A DNA stretch of 64,000 bases, taken from positions 9,057-73,056 of the IMG/VR virus record IMGVR_UViG_3300045010_000308. One strand, written 5' to 3'. Shown in pieces: positions 9,594-17,707 of this stretch. Source of the DNA: a virus. Every line of letters begins with the position of its first letter. The first letter of the stretch is position 1. The notes beneath the pieces were generated by a model. That model had not been told where the DNA came from. It saw only the letters and a list, made by a program, of their open reading frames with translations, and ran no database searches. Position numbers and translations under genes: made by a program.

Positions 9594-9899
9594 ATGCCGA
9601 TTGATTTTCCGAACAGTCCGACGGTCAATGACGTCTACTCAGCCGGCGGGAGAAGCTGGACCTGGAACGGGACGTCTTGGGTGCTGAACGCCTATGTCGG
9701 CGTCGTCCCGGCGGGAGCGGTCGGCACGACCGAGCTGGCGAACAACGCCGTCACTTCTTTGAAGTTGGGACCCACCGGTGCGGTCAACGGCCAGGCCTTG
9801 TTGGCCAACTCTTCGACGGCTACTGGGTTGGAGTGGGGTCAGGCAGGGTCTCCTTCCGATGATGCAAGCGCGGTTTTGGGTACTCAAGTTTTCAGCTGA
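9594..9899 (+). CDS. module III anchor protein (MPIDFPNSP type)
   Basis: 101 aa; ends PSDDASAVLGTQVFS. Confidence 0.65.
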   Translation: MPIDFPNSPTVNDVYSAGGRSWTWNGTSWVLNAYVGVVPAGAVGTTELANNAVTSLKLGPTGAVNGQALLANSSTATGLEWGQAGSPSDDASAVLGTQVFS

Positions 9900-9915
9900 A
9901 GATTGGAGCAGATAG

Positions 9916-10281
9916 ATGGCAACATTCACGAAGATGAAGTTCAGCGAATCTACCGATGGTCGCCCCATCAAGGTCGGGGCGACGAGCATCGCTTCGGGCA
10001 CGCCGATTCACGCTGGTTCTCCTACGGCGACGACTTACGACGAGATCTGGCTGTATGCGATGAACTCCTCGGCTTCGTCGGTGAAGCTGACGGTGGGGTG
10101 GGGCGGCACCACCGACCCCGATGATTTGATTGAACTCACGGTTCTTGCCGAGGCTGGCTTGGTGACGGTTGCCCCCGGCATGCTCATCAAGGGCAACGCG
10201 ACTCCGCTCGTGGTGAAGGCGGCGGCGGGTACGGCGAACGTGATCACGATTCACGGATTTGTCAACCGAATCACGGTGTAG
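9916..10281 (+). CDS. module III ~120-aa adaptor-like protein
   Basis: Paralog of 4317 and 8045 (STDGRPIKV, DEIWLYA, GFVNRITV). Confidence 0.75.
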   Translation: MATFTKMKFSESTDGRPIKVGATSIASGTPIHAGSPTATTYDEIWLYAMNSSASSVKLTVGWGGTTDPDDLIELTVLAEAGLVTVAPGMLIKGNATPLVVKAAAGTANVITIHGFVNRITV

Positions 10282-10284
10282 CTG

Positions 10285-11202
10285 ATGGCTACGGCTCGCC
10301 GCCAACTCGGGTACGTTTCGTCGTTGACGACGCAGTCCGTCCCCCCGGGCGGCTTGCCGGTTGAGTGCCTCGTCATCGGCGGCGGCGGCGGTGGCGGCAG
10401 GATGCACGGTGGCGGCGGTGGTGCTGGCGGCTATGTATGTTCGGTTGTCGGGGAGAACTCAGGTGGCGGCGCGGTCGCCGCAACTACCTTCTCGCTGAAT
10501 AGGAACCTGACCTACGGAGTGGTGGTTGGGGGCGGCGGCTCAGGCTCAACTTCCGCCAGCACGAGAGGCGGCAGCGGCACGAACAGCGTCTTCGTCGTGG
10601 CGGCGATAGGCGGCGGTGGCGGAGGCAGTAGCTCCGGAGAGAGTCCAGGCGGGCCAGGCGGTTCGGGTGGCGGCGGCGCAGCAAACGCGACCAACACGGG
10701 CGGCGCAGGAACGAGCCACCAAGGTTTCGCAGGTGGCGCAGGTGCGCCGAGCGGCGGCAATCCCTCAGGTGGCGGTGGCGGTGGTGCCGGTGCGGTCGGC
10801 GTTCAAGGCAACTTGTCGGGATACGCAGGCGCAGGCGGCGCAGGTGTCTCATCAAGCATCACGGGTTTGGCGGTCACTCGCGGCGGCGGCGGCGGTGGCG
10901 GCGGCCACAACGCCGCAGATAGGGGCGGCGCAGGCGGCTCGGGTGGCGGCGGCGCAGGCTCAGGAGTAGCTGTCGTAGGTTCACCAGGCTCACCGAACAC
11001 AGGCGGCGGCGGCGGCGGTAGCGGTCACGACGGCGGCAACAACTTAGGTGGGAACGGCGGCTCGGGCATCGTCGTTGTCCGCTACCTGACTTCTGCCGCA
11101 TCAGGTCTCACCGTCACCGCAACAGGCGGCGGCACCTCCGCTCCTAGCGGTTCTTACACGGTCTGGACATTCACATCGTCGGGTACGTTGGCGGTGACGT
11201 GA
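10285..11202 (+). CDS. glycine-rich adhesin-like protein
   Basis: 305 aa; N-terminal LGYVSS motif; C-terminus RYLTS..YTVWTFTSSG matches the middle of 4690. Confidence 0.75.
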   Translation: MATARRQLGYVSSLTTQSVPPGGLPVECLVIGGGGGGGRMHGGGGGAGGYVCSVVGENSGGGAVAATTFSLNRNLTYGVVVGGGGSGSTSASTRGGSGTNSVFVVAAIGGGGGGSSSGESPGGPGGSGGGGAANATNTGGAGTSHQGFAGGAGAPSGGNPSGGGGGGAGAVGVQGNLSGYAGAGGAGVSSSITGLAVTRGGGGGGGGHNAADRGGAGGSGGGGAGSGVAVVGSPGSPNTGGGGGGSGHDGGNNLGGNGGSGIVVVRYLTSAASGLTVTATGGGTSAPSGSYTVWTFTSSGTLAVT

Positions 11203-11239
11203 TGGCACGCCTCGCATCGCCGTCAAGTGAGGTGGCGGA

Positions 11240-12094
11240 ATGACCCGCTCGTACCTCGGCTATGTTTCTTCGCAGACGACGGGCACGGTTGCGGTTGACA
11301 TCCCCTACGGCGTAGCGACGGGCGGCTCATCGGCTTCACGAACCATCGGTGGTCAGACCTACACGGTGCTGACCTTCTCGTCAGACGACAACCTTGTCGT
11401 GTCTAAGGCTGGTTTGTTCGACGTGTTGCTTGTCGGTGGTGGCGGCGGCGGCGGGTCAGGTTCAGACCCGCAATCTGGCGGCGGTGGCGGCGCAGGCGCA
11501 TTAGTTGGATTTGCAGCCACGACCACGATCTACCTTCAGGCTGCGACCTACGCTGTTGACGTCGGTGCAGGCGGCGCTGGATACACCAACTCAAATGGGT
11601 TTTCGACTGGCGCTGCGTCATACATCGGCAACGTCATTTCGGCTTGTGGCGGCGGCGGCGGCGCTTGTCAAGATGTTGCTTTGGCAGGCAGCGGCGGCTC
11701 GGGCGGCGGCAGACAAACTGGCATGAACGTAGGTGGATATTCAGTCGATGAAACATTCGGCAACCGCGGCGGAGTCGGCACGGGCAATCATGGCGCTGGT
11801 GGCGGCGGTGGATACGGCGGAGTCGGTGGCAACGCGGCTGGAACGACGGGCGGTTCGGGCGGCAACGGAATCGACGTGTCGACTTGGGGAACAAGCGCAA
11901 GTACCGACAACATTGCGGCAGGCGGCGGCGGCTCGGGTTCAACTGCAGGTGGCGCAGCAGGCACAGGCGGCGTAGCAGGTTCCACAGGCGATGGCAACAG
12001 CGCCACAACTGCTGGCTCTGGCGGCGGCGGCGGTCGTGGTTCGGCTGGCGGCAACGGTGCGGCTGGCAAAGTATGGGTGAGGTTCAAGGTATGA
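11240..12094 (+). CDS. glycine-rich adhesin-like protein
   Basis: 284 aa; LGYVSS N-terminus; KAGLFDVLLVGGGG..VWVRFKV matches the second half of 4690. Confidence 0.75.
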   Translation: MTRSYLGYVSSQTTGTVAVDIPYGVATGGSSASRTIGGQTYTVLTFSSDDNLVVSKAGLFDVLLVGGGGGGGSGSDPQSGGGGGAGALVGFAATTTIYLQAATYAVDVGAGGAGYTNSNGFSTGAASYIGNVISACGGGGGACQDVALAGSGGSGGGRQTGMNVGGYSVDETFGNRGGVGTGNHGAGGGGGYGGVGGNAAGTTGGSGGNGIDVSTWGTSASTDNIAAGGGGSGSTAGGAAGTGGVAGSTGDGNSATTAGSGGGGGRGSAGGNGAAGKVWVRFKV

Positions 12095-12312
12095 GCGACA
12101 CACTGACGTACTTCGCCAAAGTTGAGAACGGTGTCGTCACCGATGTTCGTGTCGTGACGTGGGATTTCTTGTGCGCCAACCCTGACCGCTACGGCGACAG
12201 TTCGCTATGGGTAGAAACCTTTCACGACAACTCCCAACGCGGCAAATACGCAGGCATAGGCGATACTTATGATGCGGTGAACGATGTGTTCGTTGCGCCG
12301 ACGCCGCCGTAA
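12091..12312 (+). CDS. small chaperone-like protein (GDTYDAVNDVF family)
   Basis: 73 aa from ATG 12091 (ATGA overlap); YFAKVENGVV..RGKYAGIGDTYDAVNDVF. Confidence 0.7.
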   Translation: MSDTLTYFAKVENGVVTDVRVVTWDFLCANPDRYGDSSLWVETFHDNSQRGKYAGIGDTYDAVNDVFVAPTPP

Positions 12313-12341
12313 GCGCGCCTCGCGACAAAGCGCAGAGAAGA

Positions 12342-14111
12342 GTGGCACGCCTGAAGATCGCCGTCTACACGATCGCGCTCAACGAGAAGAAGTTCGTTGA
12401 CCCGTGGTATGAGTCGGCTAAAGACGCAGACTACCTGCTGATCGCCGACACCGGCTCGACCGACGGGACGGTCGAGCGCGCGCGAGAGCTCGGGATCAAC
12501 GTCGCGCAGATCACGGTCAAGCCGTGGCGGTTCGACGACGCGCGCAACGCGTCGCTCGCGCTGCTGCCGGCGGACATCGACTTCTGCGTCGCGCTCGACA
12601 TGGACGAGGTCCTCGTGCCTGGCTGGCGTGAGCACCTCGAGAAGGCGCCGCCCGGCACGACCCGCCCGCGCTACAAGTACGTCTGGAGCTGGAACACAGA
12701 CGGCAGCGAGGGACTCGTGTACGGCGCAGACAAGGTCCACGCTCGCAGCGGGTACCGGTGGGTGCACCCGGTGCACGAGGTCTTGGCGCCGACGGACGGA
12801 GAAGAGACCCAGAGCTGGGTCGGCATGGAGGTCCACCACTTCCCCGACCGCTCGAAGTCGCGCGGGCAGTACCTGCCGCTGCTCAAGAAGGCCGTCGACG
12901 AGAGGCCGATGGACGACCGCAACGCGTACTACTACGCGCGTGAGCTGTTCTTCTACGGCCAGGCCGAAGACGCACGGCGCGAGTTCAAGCGCCACCTCGC
13001 GCTGCCGACCGCGACGTGGCGCGCCGAGCGCGCGGCCTCGATGCGGTACCTCGCTCAGCTCGAGCACGACGAGGCCGAGGCCTGGCTGCTGCGCGCGTGC
13101 GCCGAGGCGCCGGAGTTCCGCGAGCCCTGGGTCGAGCTCGCTCGGCACTACTACGACCGGCAGTCGTGGGAAGACTGCCTGTCGGCCGCGAGGCGGGCGC
13201 TCACGATCACAGAGAAGCCGCTGCTGTACATCAACGACGCCGCCGCGTGGAGCTCGCTGCCGCACGACCTCGCCAGCATCGGCGCCTGGCACGCCGGGCA
13301 GAGAGGCGCGGCGGTCGAGCACCTGCGCGGCGCGCTGCGGGTCGAGCCGGGCAGCGAGCGCCTCCAGGCGAACCTCGCCATGATGCTGCGGGTGACGCAC
13401 CCGGAGCGCGCGGTGGCCGTCGTCCCGTCGAGGTCGAACGTCGAGGGCTGCATGCTCGTCCTCGAGCGCCTCGAGAGAGACCCGCAGGTCAGCGCGGTCG
13501 TGCTCGTCGCGGACGGAGACGAGGCCTGCCGGACCTACGGAGCGCTGCTCTCCGAGCGCGGGCCGGAGCTGCGGAAGGTCCGGCTCGAGCGCGTCGAGCG
13601 CGGCGCCGGCATCCACGCGATGTGGAACATCGGCGTCGAGGCCGCCCGGCGCGAAAAATCCGCGGTTGCCCTAGTGAACGACGACGTCACCGTCGCCGAC
13701 GACACCATAGGGAGCCTCGTGTCGCTGCTCGCGTACGACAGGTCGCTCGGGCTCGTCTGCCCGGCCTACGACTACCGCAAGTTCACGGACATCACGCAGG
13801 ACGTGTCGACGGTGTGCAACGGCCGGTACGACGGCAGCGGGGGGCTCGCCGGGTTTTGCATGGTCTTGGCCGCAGACATCGTGCAGCGGTTCAGGTTTGA
13901 CGAGTCGATGAAGTGGTGGTACGGAGACAACGACGTGCTGCTGCACGTCACGCGCAACGAGAAGCGCCGCGCGGCGATCACGAGCCTCGCTCGGTGCAGC
14001 GGCAACTCGTCGGCGACCGTAGACAACGACCCGCCCGAAGACTTCTGGAAGGTCGTCCAAGACGACAAGCTCAAGTTCTACGTGAAGTGGGGCATCTGCG
14101 ATGCACGGTGA
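12342..14111 (+). CDS. glycosyltransferase, GT2 + TPR + second GT2-like domain
   Basis: IAVYTIALNE, DTGSTDGT, FDDARNASL, LDMDE (DxD), HPVHE; TPR-like helices; C-terminal VALVNDDV..WWYGDND. Confidence 0.85.
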   Translation: MARLKIAVYTIALNEKKFVDPWYESAKDADYLLIADTGSTDGTVERARELGINVAQITVKPWRFDDARNASLALLPADIDFCVALDMDEVLVPGWREHLEKAPPGTTRPRYKYVWSWNTDGSEGLVYGADKVHARSGYRWVHPVHEVLAPTDGEETQSWVGMEVHHFPDRSKSRGQYLPLLKKAVDERPMDDRNAYYYARELFFYGQAEDARREFKRHLALPTATWRAERAASMRYLAQLEHDEAEAWLLRACAEAPEFREPWVELARHYYDRQSWEDCLSAARRALTITEKPLLYINDAAAWSSLPHDLASIGAWHAGQRGAAVEHLRGALRVEPGSERLQANLAMMLRVTHPERAVAVVPSRSNVEGCMLVLERLERDPQVSAVVLVADGDEACRTYGALLSERGPELRKVRLERVERGAGIHAMWNIGVEAARREKSAVALVNDDVTVADDTIGSLVSLLAYDRSLGLVCPAYDYRKFTDITQDVSTVCNGRYDGSGGLAGFCMVLAADIVQRFRFDESMKWWYGDNDVLLHVTRNEKRRAAITSLARCSGNSSATVDNDPPEDFWKVVQDDKLKFYVKWGICDAR

Positions 14112-14613
14112 CGTGCTGGCGTGGGTGTCACGCGCGATCGCAGGCTGCCGGCGCACGGGGCCTGGCGCGCACGTCTTAGAGTTCGGCAGCCTAGACATCA
14201 ACGGCAGCGTCAGGCCGCTGTTCGCAGAGCTGGTGTCTGGCGGAGGTTCGTACCTCGGTATCGACGTGCAAGAAGGCCCGGGAGTCGACCTGGTGGCCGA
14301 CGCAAGCGCCTACAAGAGCGACACGCGGTGGGACTTCGTCGTCTGCTGCGAGGTGTTCGAGCATACGGCGCTGTGGCCGAAGCTCGTCGCTAACGCGCAC
14401 TCGCTCCTCGTGCCGGGCGGAGTCTTCATCGCGACGATGGCCGGCGAGGGCCGGCCGCCGCACTCTGCGATCGACGAAAACCCGATCCGCGCCTGGGAAT
14501 ACTACAAGAACGTGACCGGGCCGATGCTAGACGAGAAGCTCGCGTCGGCGGGATTCACGAGCCGCGAGGTCGACGTCTACCGCACCGACACGCGGTGCTG
14601 GGCGGTCAAGTAG
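14101..14613 (+). CDS. class I SAM-dependent methyltransferase
   Basis: VLEFGSLDING, YLGIDVQEGPGVD, WDFVVCCEVFEH, LVPGGVFI. Confidence 0.8.
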   Translation: MHGDVLAWVSRAIAGCRRTGPGAHVLEFGSLDINGSVRPLFAELVSGGGSYLGIDVQEGPGVDLVADASAYKSDTRWDFVVCCEVFEHTALWPKLVANAHSLLVPGGVFIATMAGEGRPPHSAIDENPIRAWEYYKNVTGPMLDEKLASAGFTSREVDVYRTDTRCWAVK

Positions 14614-15118
14614 CTTTTTTCTCGCGAAGCGCCTTCTTGAGCTTCTTGCGTTCTTTCGCTTCTCTTGCCGCGTGGTAGGCGTTGACGGCGTTCGCGCTCG
14701 TGCGACTTCTCCAGTGGAAGCCGCACTCTCCGCACGTCACGATCTTCGCGGTCGACCACCTGCCGCCGCCGGCAAGCTCCTGCTCGCTGACGCTGAGGCA
14801 CACCGGCCGCGCGCTGCAGTACGGGCACTGCGGCGACCGCCGCCTGCGGATCTCCTCTCCCGTGTGAGACACCGAGAGCGCCCTGCGGATGTCGTCTTCC
14901 GTGCGACCGCCCCAGACTCCCCAGAGCTGCTTCGTGTCGAGCGCCCACTTGAGGCACTCGTTCCTGACCTCGCAACCGAAGCAAAAGTTGCAGGCCCGGC
15001 GCTGCTCTAAGAGCTCAGGCGAGAAGAACAGCGGCTTCATCGACCGAGCCTCGTCGGTCTTCTGCGTGCAGCGCGCACGAGAGTGCCACGACACGTCGTC
15101 GAGCTCGAAGACGCTCAC
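14606..15118 (-). CDS. whiB: WhiB-family transcription factor with C-terminal zinc ribbon
   Basis: W..RARC..CFGCEVRNECL..WGVWGG (4 Cys plus G-V-W-G-G turn); extra CPYC..CGEC. Confidence 0.85.
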   Translation of the reverse strand: MSVFELDDVSWHSRARCTQKTDEARSMKPLFFSPELLEQRRACNFCFGCEVRNECLKWALDTKQLWGVWGGRTEDDIRRALSVSHTGEEIRRRRSPQCPYCSARPVCLSVSEQELAGGGRWSTAKIVTCGECGFHWRSRTSANAVNAYHAAREAKERKKLKKALREKKAT

Positions 15119-15121
15119 GGC

Positions 15122-15463
15122 CTAGAGCTCTACAAGCGTGACCGGGACGAGGTTTTCGACCTTGTCTCCGAGCGATGTCTCTCCTTTGTCGTTGCAGATC
15201 GCGTACTCGCCGTTGCCGTGTTCGTGAAGCTCGCCGGCGTACGACTGCGTGCATACCGCGGCTTCGACCGCCTTGAACCCCTCTCCCAGCGTGCTGACTA
15301 GCCCTTCCCGCTGGACGGTCGACGCCAGAGCCCTGCGGACTACCTCGTTCTCGATGTCGACGTGCTCGACGGTGAAGAACACGACCGAGTCGTGAGTCTC
15401 TCTCTCGTACAGCTCTCCGGTCCACTCGGACCAAAGAGATTCACCCCTGCGCGTGTCCTTCAC
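15122..15463 (-). CDS. hypothetical protein
   Basis: 113 aa; GTG start 6 nt downstream of TAGTAT; packed between the two whiB genes. Confidence 0.65.
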   Translation of the reverse strand: MKDTRRGESLWSEWTGELYERETHDSVVFFTVEHVDIENEVVRRALASTVQREGLVSTLGEGFKAVEAAVCTQSYAGELHEHGNGEYAICNDKGETSLGDKVENLVPVTLVEL

Positions 15464-15785
15464 GGCCCAATACTACCTCGCCCGCCAGCCTCGCGCGGCG
15501 TCTTGCTTTGTACTCGCGAGCGCGTATCCGCCTGCGCACCGACGCGTCGCCGGTCTGGTACCCGGCGTTGAACCGCTCTTCGTCGGTCTCTCCTCCCCAG
15601 ATGCCCATCTCGAGGTTCTTTCTTGCGTGCGCACGGCAGAGCTCGACCGACTTGCACCGAGCACAGATCGACTTTGCGACCTTCTCGCGCTTGGCCCTCG
15701 CTCCTGGTCGCTCGTAGAACGCGCCGTAGAAGTACTGTGTCTTTCCCTTGCACGCCGCGTCTTTCATCCACTCAAGGCCTCTCAT
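15441..15785 (-). CDS. whiB: WhiB-family transcription factor
   Basis: WMKDAACKG..AKSICARCKSVELC..MGIWGGET; AGGAGG SD. Confidence 0.88.
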   Translation of the reverse strand: MRGLEWMKDAACKGKTQYFYGAFYERPGARAKREKVAKSICARCKSVELCRAHARKNLEMGIWGGETDEERFNAGYQTGDASVRRRIRAREYKARRRARLAGEVVLGREGHAQG

Positions 15786-15862
15786 CGACCCTCCTGCTGC
15801 CTCGCGCCGGGGGAAACCGCATGTTTGCCTTTTTGCATCACGAGAAGCGATCTAGAAGCACG

Positions 15863-16375
15863 CTACGCGGCAAGAACGTAGCCGTCTTGGTGCGGCCACA
15901 CGTACTCGTAGGTGGCTGGAGCAGAGCCGCCGTCCTCGGCCCAGCGAAACTGCCTGTACCAGTCGTAGTGCTTGCAGAGCAGCGCCGTGCGGTGAGTCGA
16001 GCACAGGCGCTCGTAGTACTCGGCGTCGAGCATCCAGCTCGGCAGCGTGTACTCGGGAGAGATGCGGCCGAGGTCGACGGCGCGGTCGTATGTCGCGAAC
16101 ATCTTCTCGAGCAACGTCGACCTGTACCCGCGGCCGCGCCACTCGTAGTAGGTGGCCGTGAGGTACGCGAGCAGCACCGTCTCGTGGCCGCGCCACATGC
16201 GGACGACAGGGTGGTTGGCCCAGCCCTTGGTCGTCTTGTCGGTGCCGTCAGGGTTGAGGCCGGTCATCGTGAGCAGGCACTGCCAGCCCTCGAGCGTCTG
16301 CTTGTGCAGGCGCTTGTTGTCGAGGTGCCGAGCGGTAGTCGTGAATGAGGCGGTGTCGGTGAGGAATGTTTGCAT
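15863..16375 (-). CDS. pyrimidine-dimer DNA glycosylase-like (endonuclease V / MSMEG_6728-like) protein
   Basis: MQTFL..LDNKRLHKQTLEGWQ..GWANHPVVRMWRGHE..STHRTALLCK..YVWP. Confidence 0.75.
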   Translation of the reverse strand: MQTFLTDTASFTTTARHLDNKRLHKQTLEGWQCLLTMTGLNPDGTDKTTKGWANHPVVRMWRGHETVLLAYLTATYYEWRGRGYRSTLLEKMFATYDRAVDLGRISPEYTLPSWMLDAEYYERLCSTHRTALLCKHYDWYRQFRWAEDGGSAPATYEYVWPHQDGYVLAA

Positions 16376-16407
16376 GTCGCTCCGTGCCGGTGTGTCGTTA
16401 CGAACCT

Positions 16408-16416
16408 ATTGTACCA
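16408..16416 (-). promoter_or_regulatory. putative extended -10 promoter TGGTACAAT
   Basis: Matches TGnTAnnnT upstream of gene ending at 16375; same motif recurs upstream of several - strand genes. Confidence 0.55.
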
Positions 16417-16449
16417 GGTCTTGCTTGGCCCCGAGGGGATGACCTGCTC

Positions 16450-17691
16450 TTATTTGCCGGCCATCTTCTGCTTGACATAGTGGCGGCTGAAGCCCTTGTC
16501 GGTGCGGTGCATCCACTCGTGGTCGCCGATCTTCTCCCCCGCCGGGCCGCTCTGCTCGCCGCTCAGGCACGCGTTGACGTGCTTGCCGATCCACTCGCCT
16601 GCCTGCACGGCGACGGCCTTTCCCCAGGTCGCCTTCATCATCGAGTAGTCTTGCGTCTCCTCGATGTTCCACCCGTCTGGCAGCCCCTGGATGCGCGCCG
16701 CCTCACGGTGCGTGATCAACCGCGGCTGCGTCGGGTGCACGACGTGCTGCAGCGCGGCTCCTGTCAAGACGCGGCACGGAGCCTCTCCGTCCCAGCGCCC
16801 GGCCTGCGAGTAGCCGAGGAGGAACTTGCGCCGCCTGATGTTCTTCTCTGAGCCGAGCCACGACTGCGGGAACTTGTTGTCATTGAGCCGGACGGCCTCT
16901 TTGAGCACGTCTTGCTGGATGTCGTTCGGCTTCCACCCTCCGTTGCCGACGATCGCGAAGATGTCTTCGATCTTAGCCTTTGAGCCGTCACTGACGCCGA
17001 TGTGGCCGTCGACCGTCGAGTTGCTCGACCGCAGCGCCTTGACGAACGAAGACGGCTTGCCTTTGATCTTCTGCGGTGACCACTGCAGCGGCAGGTTCTC
17101 GAGGTCGCCGATGACGTCCATGACGGTCGGAAACTTCGCCGGCTCGTTGACCTCGGCTCCGAACTTCATCCCGCGCCGGACAGCGACCCAGAAGTACCGC
17201 GGCCTGTACGAGAAGCCGCCAAGCTGCAGGTTGTTGTGCATCACGTGGTGCAGGTCGTATTTCTTGCCCGAGACGCCCTCGACCATGTCGCGGTACTTGA
17301 GCATGACCTCACGCCCGTCTGAGTACGCCTGCTGGACGCACTCGAACACGACGACAGAGGGCTTGATCGCGCCGGCGTAGCGCATGAAAGCTCGCGTGTG
17401 CTCGTGCGCCGGCGAGTCTGGGCCGCGCTGGTGCACAGACGACCACGTCGACCAGCCCGAGCACGGGGGGCAGCCGACGACTGCGTCTGCCTTGCGCCTC
17501 GGCCACTCTTCGACGTCGTCCGCGAAGCTTCCTTCCCACGAGGCGCCAAATCGCGCGCGGTTCGCCTCGACGACCGGCGCGCCGAAGTCCAGTGTCCCCG
17601 TCCTCGCGACCATCTCCATGCCTGACTTCACGAACCCGTAGCTCATGAACCCAGCGAGGCCGTTGCAGTCAATGAACGTGTGCTTTGCCAC
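16450..17691 (-). CDS. divergent C5-cytosine DNA methyltransferase-like protein
   Basis: Motif IV GCPPCSGWS, VI variant FECV, VIII SYRPRYF, IX THREAARIQGLPD, X variant WGKAV; motif I atypical (DCNGLAGF). Confidence 0.75.
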   Translation of the reverse strand: MAKHTFIDCNGLAGFMSYGFVKSGMEMVARTGTLDFGAPVVEANRARFGASWEGSFADDVEEWPRRKADAVVGCPPCSGWSTWSSVHQRGPDSPAHEHTRAFMRYAGAIKPSVVVFECVQQAYSDGREVMLKYRDMVEGVSGKKYDLHHVMHNNLQLGGFSYRPRYFWVAVRRGMKFGAEVNEPAKFPTVMDVIGDLENLPLQWSPQKIKGKPSSFVKALRSSNSTVDGHIGVSDGSKAKIEDIFAIVGNGGWKPNDIQQDVLKEAVRLNDNKFPQSWLGSEKNIRRRKFLLGYSQAGRWDGEAPCRVLTGAALQHVVHPTQPRLITHREAARIQGLPDGWNIEETQDYSMMKATWGKAVAVQAGEWIGKHVNACLSGEQSGPAGEKIGDHEWMHRTDKGFSRHYVKQKMAGK

Positions 17692-17698
17692 GCTAGCT

Positions 17699-17707
17699 AC
17701 TGTATCA
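17699..17707 (-). promoter_or_regulatory. putative extended -10 promoter TGATACAGT, leaderless MTase transcript
   Basis: 7 nt upstream of GTG 17691, no SD. Confidence 0.55.

Noticed and set aside
4317-12312. Diversity-generating retroelement or invertible shufflon behind the repeated adhesin modules
   Set aside because: No reverse transcriptase or site-specific recombinase in the window; repeats are all direct; mismatches between copies are not adenine-specific.
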